64,000 nucleotides of DNA from Centroscyllium fabricii (Eukaryota), in contig JBNRSN020000001.1 in assembly GCA_051313645.2 (NCBI GenBank), positions 560,418,001 to 560,482,000 on the forward strand. The letters run 5' to 3'. The notes under the pieces were generated by a model. It searched no databases. It saw nothing but the letters and a program-made list of their open reading frames with translations, and was not told the DNA's origin. Both the position numbers and the translations under genes were made by a program. This document shows positions 49,117 to 58,090 of this stretch, piece by piece; within the stretch, counting starts at the first letter, position 1; each line of letters opens with the position of its first letter.

Positions 49117-50009
49117 CATGAAAGGAGCCCCGGGGAGGGGCGGTTGGCTGAAGATTGTCGGAATGATGGAAAGATGGAATGGTGGTGCGCACAGACACAG
49201 TGGCTTTGCTGGACTCTTGGGAGCTTGCAAGATCATATTTCACAACCATCTTCAGCCAGAAGTGCCGAGTGGATGATCCATCTCGGCCTCCTCCTGAGGT
49301 TCCCACCAGCACAGAAGCCAGTCTTCAGCCAGTTCAATTCACTCTACGTGATATCAAGAAACTGTTGAGTGCACTGGATACAGAAAAGGCTATGGGCTCC
49401 AAAAACATCACGGCTGTCGTGCTGAAGACGTGTCCTCCAGAATTAGCCGCGCCTCTATCCAAGCTGTTCCAGTACAGCTACAACACTGACATCTACCCAA
49501 GAAAGTGGAAAACTGCCCCAGGTATGTCCTGCCCACAAAAGGCAGGGTAAATTCAATTCGGCCAATTATCAGCCTACTCTCAATCATCAGCAAAGTGATG
49601 GAGGTGTCGTCGACAGTGCTATCAAGCGGCACTTATTCACCAATAATCAGCTCAACGATGCTCAGTTTCGGTTCTGCCAGGACCACACAGCTCCAGATCT
49701 CATTACAGCCTTGGTCCAAACATGGACAAAAGAGCTAAATTCTTGAGGTGAGGTGAGATTGACTGCCCTTGACATCAAGGTAGCATTTGATCAAGTGTGG
49801 CATCAAGGAGCCCCAGTAAAATTGAAATCAATGGGAACAGGGGCAAACTCTTCACTGGCTGGAGTCATATCTAGCACAAAGGAAGATGGTTGTAATTGTT
49901 GGAGGTCAATCATCTCAGCCCCAGGTCATCGCTACAGGAGTTCCTCAGGGCAGTGTCCTAGGCCCAACCATCTCCAGCTGCTTCATCAATGACCTTCCCT
50001 TCATCATAA

Positions 50010-50719
50010 TGCCCCAGTTTCACTGGAGGCTAAGAATGTCAAGAATATCAAGAATCGAAATTCTTGGCGATTCTGCAAAAAATGCGAAAATTCTTGGTTG
50101 ATTCTTGGCGATTCTTGGTGAATTCTTGGCGATTCTGGACAAGGTTAAGAATCTATCACGAATTATTGTAGGAATGAGGTACGAATCACTCACGAATATG
50201 AAGAATTAATTTACGAATCCACTACGACCTCCACGATTAAGTTACGAATTCTACGAATTAGCTACGAATTATCTACGAATTGCATTCGTAGTGCATTCGT
50301 AGTGCATTCGTGGACATTCGTGGACATTCGTGGGCATTCGTGATGAATTCGGCGTTTTTCCACGAATTTGAGAAAATCAAGAATGCCCAAGAATAGGCAA
50401 GAATGCACTACGAATCCACTACGAATCAGTTACGAACGGTAAGAAAGGGTAACGAACGGTAAGAATGGGTCACGAATTGTTTAGGAATCTATCACGAATT
50501 GGACATTCGTGAACGCTCCCACGAAATTTTTTGACAAACAAAAACTTTCTTGAAAACTCAAAGAAATCCCGCGAACTTCCGCGAACTCTACGAATCCGCT
50601 ACGAATCCACTACGAATCCACTACGAATCAACCACTAATTGCAAGAATGACCCACGAATCGGGCAAATTTCACAATCGGCACGATTCGGCAATTCGTAGC
50701 CTCCAGTGAAACTGGGGCA
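50010..50719. mobile_element. PIF/Harbinger-type non-autonomous transposon with a repeat-filled interior
   Basis: Perfect 23-bp TIRs TGCCCCAGTTTCACTGGAGGCTA; TSD TAA/TAA; LINE sequence continues across it. Confidence 0.92.
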
Positions 50720-50820
50720 TAAGGTCAGAAGTGGGGATGTTCGCTGATGATTGCACAGTGTTCAGTTCCATTCACAACTCCTCAGAAAATGAAGCAGTCT
50801 GTGCTCGCATACAGCAAGAG

Positions 50821-51083
50821 CACAGTCCAAAGATGTGTGGGTTAGGTTGATTGGCCAGGATAAATTGACCCTTAGTGTTAGGGGGGATTGAATATGTGGG
50901 GTTACGGGGATAGGGTGGGATATGTGTCGATGCAGGCTCGAGAGGGATATGGGGAGAGGGCAGGGGCGGGGTACTGGGTTTGGATGATCAGCCATGATCT
51001 CATTGAATGGTGGAGCAGGCTCGAAGGGCCGAATGGCCTACTCCTGCTCCTAGTTTCTATGTTTCTATGTTTCTATGTTTCTA
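50821..51083 (+). mobile_element. 5'-truncated V-SINE (long-tail type)
   Basis: CACAGTCCAAAGATG..(TTTCTATG)n. Confidence 0.88.
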
Positions 51084-51224
51084 AGACCCGGACAATATTC
51101 AGACTTGGGCTGATAAATGGTAAGTAACATTTGTGCTGCACAAGTACCAGGAAATGACCATCTCCAATAAAATAAAGTCTAACCACCTCACCATGACCTT
51201 CAATGGGATTACCATCATCGAGTG

Positions 51225-51803
51225 AACAACAACAACTTGCATTTATATAGCACCTTTAATGTAGTAAAACGTCTTTAGGTGCTTCACAGGCGCGTTATCA
51301 AACAACATTTGGCACTGAGCCACACAAGGAGATATTAGGGCAGATCACCAAAAGGTTGGTCAAAGAGGTAGGTTTTAAGGAGCGTCTTAAAGGAGGAAAG
51401 AGAGGTAAAGAGGTTTAGTGAGGGAATTCCAGAGCTCGGGACCTGTGCAGCTGAAGGCACGGCCATCTATGGTTGAGCTATTAAAATCAGGGATGCTCAA
51501 GAGGCCAGAATTAGAGGAGCACAGATATCTCGGAGGGTTGCGGGGCTGAAGGATATTACAGAGATAGGGAGGGGTGAGGCCATGGAGGAATTTAACAACA
51601 AGGATGACAATTTTGAAATTGAGGCATTGCTTAACCTGGAGCCAATTTAGGTCAGCGAGCACAAGAGTGAACAGGACTTGATGCAAGTTAGGACACGGGC
51701 AGCTGAGTTTTGTATAACCTCAAGTTTATTGAGGGTAGAATGTGGGAGACCAGCCAGGAGTGCATTGGAATAGTCAAGTCTAGAGGTAACGAAGGCATGG
51801 ATG
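51225..51803 (-). mobile_element. L2 LINE 3' end, part 1
   Basis: IHAFVTSRLDYSNALLAGLP..IQNSAAR; GRAFS..PELWNSL; continues at 52984-53103. Confidence 0.88.
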
Positions 51804-51834
51804 TTGTCAAATCCCTCCATGGCCTCACCCTCCC

Positions 51835-52983
51835 ACACAAGAGGTTGGTGAACAAAATTTGGGCATATGGAATTGGGGGTAATATACTAGCATGGATTGA
51901 GAATTGGTAAACAGACTGAAAACAAAGAGTAGGGATAAACGGGTCTTTTTCAGGATGGCAGGCTGTGACTAGTGGGGTACCACAAGGATTGGTGCTTGGG
52001 CCCCAGCTATTCACAATCTATATCAATAATTTGGATGAGGGGACTAAATGTAACATTTCCAAATTTGCTGATGATACAAAGCTAGGTGTCAGTGTCAGTT
52101 GTGAAGACGATTCAGGGGGATCTCGACAGGCTCAGTGAGTGGGCAAGAACATGGCAGATGGAATATAATTTGGATAAATGTGAAATTATTCACTTTGGTA
52201 GAAAAAACAGAAAGGCAGAGTATTTCCTAAATAGTGAAAAATTGGGGAATGCAGATGCTCAAAGGGACCTGGGTGTCCTTGTACACGAGTCACTGAAAGT
52301 GAATGTGCAGGTGCAGCAAGCCATTAGGAAGGCAAATGGTATGCTGGCCTTCATTACACGAGGATTTGAGTACAGGAGTAAAGACGTCTTACTCCAATTA
52401 TATAGGGCCTTGGTGAGACCACACCTGGAGTACTGTGTACAATTTTGGTCTCCTTACCTAAGGAAGGATATACTTGCCATAGAGGGAGTGCAACAAATGT
52501 TCACGAGATTGTTTCCTGGGATGGGGGGACTGTCATATGAGAAGAGATTGAGTAAATGAGGCATGTATTCTCTTGAATTCAGAAGAATGAGAGGGGATCT
52601 TATTGAAGCATACAAAATTATTACAGGACTTGATAGGGTGGATGCTGGGAGAATGCTTCCCTTGGCTGGAGAGTCTAGAACCAGGGGCCACAGCCTCAGG
52701 ATAAAGGGTAGGCCATTCAGGGCTGAGATGGAAAGAAATTTCTTCACACAGAGGGTGGTGAATCTTTGGAATTCTCTACCCCAGAGGGCTGTGGAGGCTC
52801 AGTCATTGGATATATTCAAAACAGAAGCTGATAGATTTCTGACTAGTAAAGGCATCAAGGGATATGGCAATAGGGCCGGTGAATGGAGTTGAGGCAGAAG
52901 ATCAGCCATGATCTCATTGAATGGCGGAGCAGGCTCGAAGGGACAAATGGCCTACTCCTGCTCCAATTTCATATGTTCTTATG
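51835..52983 (+). mobile_element. 5'-truncated CR1 LINE inserted in the L2
   Basis: [32 protein letters not shown]; tail ending TTCATATGTTCTTATG. Confidence 0.92.
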
Positions 52984-53103
52984 AGGGTTTCAACAGCAGA
53001 TGAGCTGAGGCAGTGGCGGAGTTGAGCGATGTTACGGAGGTGAAAATAGGTGGTCTTAGTAATGGCGCGCATATGAGGTCGAAAGCTCATTTCAGGGTCA
53101 AAC
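52984..53103 (-). mobile_element. L2 LINE part 2
   Basis: FDPEMSFRPH..ITKTTYFHLRNIAQLR..LSSSAVETLI. Confidence 0.85.
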
Positions 53104-53252
53104 ACCAGTGGAATTCCCTGCCATCAACACCATAATAGGGGTGGGGGGGTCACGGTTGACCAGAAGATCAACTGGACCAGCCACATAAATACTATGGCTA
53201 CAATAGCAGGTCAGAGGCTGGGTATTCTGCGGTGAGTGAATCACATCCTGAC

Positions 53253-53381
53253 CAATGTCCCCTGTAAGCAGCGCTTCATTCTGCGCATGTGCGGTATTTA
53301 GAATGCAAAAGCCAGTGCGTGGTCTGCGCGCGATTAGTGTGATTTCTGTGCAGCTGTGAGCGCACCTTCGTGGGAGCATTG
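53253..53381. mobile_element. hAT MITE
   Basis: CAATGTCCC / GGGAGCATTG ends; 8-bp TSD ATCCTGAC/CTCCTGAC. Confidence 0.75.
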
Positions 53382-53954
53382 CTCCTGACTCCCCAATGTC
53401 TTTCAACCATCTACATGGCACAAGTCAGGGTGTGATGGAATACTCTCCACTTGCCTGGATGAGTGCAGCTCCAACACTCAAGCTCAGCACCATCCATCAC
53501 AAAGCAGGCCACTTGATTGGCACCCCGTCCACCACCTTAAACATTCACTCCTTCCACCACCAGCGCACTGTGGCTGCAGTGTGTACCATCTGCAAGATGC
53601 ACTGCAGCAACTCGCAAAAAGCTTCTTTGGCAGCACCTCCCAAACCCGCGACCTTTACCACCTAGAAGGACAAGAGCAGCAGGCGCATGGGAACATCACC
53701 ACCTCCAAGTTCCCCTCCAAGTTGCACATCATCCTGCCTTGGAAATATCGCGTTCCTTCATCGTTGCTGGGCCAAAATCCTGGAACTCCCTCCCTAACAG
53801 CACTGTGGAAGTACCTTCACCTCATGGACTGCAGTGGTTCAAGAAGGCGGCTCACCACCACAGCCTACTCGAGGGCAATTAGGGATGGGCAATAAATGTT
53901 GGCCTTGGCAGTGATGCACACATTGCATGAATGAATAAAAAAAAATATTAAAAA

Positions 53955-54220
53955 TCAAATCTGGCCAATTAAAGCCCCATCAGTCTACTCTCAATCATCA
54001 GCAAACTGATGGAAGGTGTCGTCGACAGTGCTATCAAGTAGCACTTATTCACCAATAACCTGCTCACTGATGCTCAGTTTGGGTTCCGCCAGGAACACTC
54101 GGCTCCAGATCTCATTACAGCCTTGGTCCAAACATAGACAAAAGAGCTGAATTCCAAGGGTGAGGTGAGAGTGACTGCCCTTGACATCAAGACAGCATTT
54201 GACCAGGTGTGGCATCAAGA
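53955..54220 (+). mobile_element. Second copy of the RT segment of the 47915 LINE family
   Basis: Parallels 49545-49808. Confidence 0.8.
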
Positions 54221-54608
54221 TCTTGCCTAGGGCATGTACTTCCTGTCCACAAGCCTTACTTCCTGTCATGACTTTTGGTCATGCTTCCAATTCCCCTTCA
54301 CTTTGGCCGTGTCAACTGTTTCAATGTAGTTGCACGTTTTGGCCACTGGGTAGCTCTGTGGAGCAAGTTTCTGGGATCTGTCTCCCAACTTGTAAATACA
54401 AAATACTATAGTCATCAAGTTATTATGCTGAACATAACTATATGTCTATACATTGACCGCTGTCCACTTTAATAAGTGAAAATAAGCATACTTTAATCAG
54501 TCACAAAGGTATTTACTCTTTTCTCCCTACATCTGTATCTAACTCTTTCTCAGAGGGTAGGGTGGTATGATCTGGTCTGGTCCAGAGACCTTTGCCTGTA
54601 AGTCATTA

Positions 54609-54850
54609 CAGGTCCGACACTGTTAATCCGGCACCGTTGGGACCAGGCCGGTGCTGGACTAGTGAAAAATCCGAACGAGTGAAGCTTCGGCGGGCGCATG
54701 CGCAGCCCATTCAAAATGGCTGGCGTGCATGCGCAAACCATTCAAAATGGCCACCACGCATGCACAGACCAGTCGGGGAGAGGCCCGGATTCGTGCCGGC
54801 CGACTGAAGTTTCCGGATTAACGGTGTCCGGATTAAGGGTGCCGGACCTG
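54609..54850. mobile_element. Tc1/mariner-pogo-type MITE
   Basis: TIRs CAGGTCCGACAC..TTAATCCGG / CCGGATTAAGGGTGCCGGACCTG; TA TSD; related to 40526-40867. Confidence 0.82.
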
Positions 54851-55407
54851 TATTATGCTCTTTGGTTTGTGCACATAGATTGAGTGCTTGAGAAGTGAGA
54901 AAGATTTGTTACTCTCGCTCTACCCTTGTGCCTCCCTCCCCACATTATCGGGACTTGTACTCCAGTCTTCTTGTTGATAACCCCATGCACCTGCATTGTA
55001 TTTACTGGTTTAATAATAGTTCTTTTTTTCAATTGTTTAGCATTAATAAAGAATTATCTGAGCCCTCAGTATATTCTGGGAACTGGAGGTGCCATGAGCA
55101 AAGAACTAAGTTTAAAAAATATGTGATGCAAAACAATCATTTAACTCTTTAGATCCCGATTAATGATCCAGACCTCTCTTATCAAATTATTACCATTTAA
55201 CTACATGACTTGTAGCATGATAGATTATTTGTTGTAACTCAATCATGCCACTAAGGATAGTTTTGCAGATGTCAGGTAAGGACTGCATCAGGCACGGATG
55301 CGATAGCTCTCACAATTGAATACTTTGCTAATATACACTAACAAGGCTCATATATAAATATTGGCCGTATGGATGATGTACCAGGTATGACAGTTGACCT
55401 TGAAACG

Positions 55408-56090
55408 GTGGAGGAAATTTTAGCCAAAAAGTTGGTGGGTTGCTGTCGTGTGTGAAGTTAAAAGTGTTAAAAATCTGAATCCTGACTAGACCGGCCTTCA
55501 GCCTGCCCACTTCCAGTTTTAACAGAGGCAGGACAAGGGCGGGCAGCCAACCCACTCCCAGGAGGAAGGTTGTCCATTTAAATATTATAATGAGACTGGC
55601 GTGCCTCAGATTTAACCCCCATTTTAAACTTAACAGGCTGGGTGGGTATTGCTGGCCTCGTGAAACCTGCCATTTAAAGTAAGGCGAGGACTACTGGCTC
55701 CAGGAGCGAAGTTCCTTTACACCTACCTCCTGGATCCAGCATTCCTACCTAAATCACCGCCCTGAATCAGAGACCATCCCCCTCCATGAGATCTCCCACT
55801 CCCATGCTCCTCTGGCCCTCTGATGTCATCTGCCTCTCTTCCCCCCCCACCCCCACTGCCCCCGCCGTTCCTCCTTCCCCCACCACTCCTCTGGCCCTCT
55901 GATCGTTTTCTCTGTCCCCTGATCTGGTGCTCTGGCCCCCGAGCATTCCCGACACCTCCCCCCCTCCATCCTCAGGTCCCTGATCATTTCCACTGGCCCA
56001 TGATCATTTGCTCTGACACCAGCCCCCCCCGCTCCTTTGGCCCCCGATCTGGTGCTCTGACCCCCCCCGCCCCTCTCCCCGGAAGCACTA
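55408..56090. mobile_element. Partial Harbinger-like non-autonomous element
   Basis: GGAAATTTTAGCC..GTTAAAGTGTTAAAAATCTGAA shared with 15781-15960. Confidence 0.4.
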
Positions 56091-56122
56091 GTATGGAAGG
56101 TGGCATTGTCAGAGGTATAAAT

Positions 56123-56492
56123 AACACAGAAACACAGAAAATAGGAGCAGGAGTAGGCCATTCGGCCCTTCGAACCTGCTCTGCCATTTTGATGAGATCA
56201 TGGCTGATCATCCAAACCCAACACCCCCCTCCTACCCATATCCCCCAACACCCCCAACTCTAAGAACTATATCTCACACACATACTCATGGGCAATTTTT
56301 TATATCTCCAATTCACCTAACCTGCATGTCTTTGGGTGGTGGGAGGAAACCGGAGTACCCGGAGGAAACCCACACGAACACGGGGAGAACATGCAAACTC
56401 CACGCAGAGAGGTCCCGGGTCAAGCATGATTCGAACCCAGGAGCTCCTTATTGCGAGGCAGCGGTGCTAACCACTGCACCACCGTGTTGTCC
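56123..56492 (-). mobile_element. V-SINE, third subfamily
   Basis: GGACAACACGGTGGTGCAGTGGTTAGCAC head, GGTTCGAATC B box, V-domain, distinct middle, CR1-type tail. Confidence 0.85.
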
Positions 56493-56542
56493 ACAATGGC
56501 AGGAATATCACCAGCTGCCATGTGAAAAAATAGGAGCAGAGG

Positions 56543-56735
56543 TTATGGTCTGAAATTGTTGAACTCGATGTTGTGTACAGTAGGCTGTAACGTGCCTAAT
56601 CGAAAGATGAGGTGTTGTTCCTCGAGTTTACGTTGAGCTTTGTTGGAACAACATGAGAGGCCGGGGAACAAGAGGTCAGAGTGGGAGTGGAGTGGAGAAT
56701 TAAAGTGACTGGCAACTGGAAGCTTGGGGTCACAC
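56543..56735 (-). mobile_element. Penelope-like element GIY-YIG C-terminal fragment
   Basis: PVASHFNS..HS..DL..RKLEEQHLIFRLGTLQP..NIEF. Confidence 0.82.
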
Positions 56736-57783
56736 ATAAGAACATAAGAAATAGGATCAGGAGTCGGCCAATCGGCCCCTCAAGCCTGCTCCGCCATTCA
56801 ACAAGATCATGGCTGATCTGATCCTAACCTCAATTTTATTTTTACTCTCCATCCCGCCCAAACCCATGTGATCACCCGGGAGAGGCGAAAAACCAGATGA
56901 AAAACCCAGTGGCCAATTTGGGAGAAAAAATCTGGGAAATTCCTCTCCGACCCATCTAGGCGATCGAAAACTGGTCCAGCAGATCACATGGCCGATCTGA
57001 ACCTAGCCTCACATCCACTTACCTGCCCACTCACCATAACCCCTAATTCCCTTTACTTCCAGGAAACTGTCTATCTCTGTTTTAAATTTATTCAATGTAG
57101 TAGCTTCCACAGCTCTCTGGGGCAGCAAATTCCACAGCCCCACCACCCTCTGAGTGAGGAAGTTTCTCCTCATCTCAGTTTTGAAATGGCAGCCCCTTAT
57201 TTTAAGATCATGCCCCCTAGTCCTAGTTTCACCCACCATTGGGAACATCCTCACCGCATCCACCCGATCAAGCCCTCTCACAATCTTATATGTTTCAATA
57301 AGATCACCTCTCATTCTTCTGAACTCCAATGAGTATAGGCTCAATCTACTCAGCCTCTCATCATATGTTAGCCCCCTCATCCCCGGAATTAGCCTTGTGA
57401 ACCTTCTTTGCTCTGCCTCGAGAGCAAGTATGTCCTTTCTTAAATATGGATACCAGAACTGCACGCAGTATTCCAGGTGTGGTCTCACCAATAACCTGTA
57501 CAACTGCAGCAAGGCCTCCCTGCTTTTATACTCCATCCCCTTAGCAATAAAAACCAACATTCTGTTGGCCTTCCTGACCACCTACTGCACCTGCATATTA
57601 ACTTTTTGTGTTTCCTGCACCAGGACCCCCAGATCCCTTTGCACTGAAGTACTTTCCAGTTTCTTTCCATTTAGATAATAACTCGCTCTATTATTTTTCC
57701 TGCCAAAGTGCATAACTTCACACGTTCCAGTATTATACTCCATCTGCCAAATCTCTGCCCATTCACTTAGCCTATCTATGTGC
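56735..57783 (-). mobile_element. CR1 LINE 3' part (split by element E)
   Basis: ORF 57009-57581; extended 3'UTR; resumes at 62641. Confidence 0.93.
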
Positions 57784-58065
57784 TGTGGTAATCATGATTA
57801 CCAGTGTATATAGTTGAGCACACTACAGACCAGCATGTATAGTGACTGGGTGCATTGTATATAGTTTTGTATAACAACACTGTCGCGAGGTCAGGTCAGC
57901 CACACCTCTAACTCCTCCCCTCAGCTGAGCGCCTTTTTGGTGGGGTCTGACCTGCCTCCATTCATTCTGTGCTCAATGTTCAACTGGAGAGTAGCTCCAT
58001 TGTAAAGTGATTAAAAGCCTCTAGTTAAGGCAACTACTCGTCTTTGTCTTATTGACGATACGTCA
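57784..58065 (+). repeat. Element E 5' LTR
   Basis: TG..CA; ATTAAA at 58010. Confidence 0.95.
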
Positions 58066-58090
58066 ATTTTAATCACTTTAAATTTTCGAA

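Larger units (their letters stand above)
47915..53940 (+). mobile_element. Fragmented CR1-clade LINE of a second family, hosting many insertions
   Basis: KQQPVIVILTESYL (endonuclease), RPI.SLLSIISKVME, LDIK.AFD.VWH, GVPQGSVLGP, FADD at ~50740, 3' end AATGAATGAATAAAAAA; pieces 47915-48993, 49240-50009, 50720-50820, 51085-51224, 53104-53940. Confidence 0.8.
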
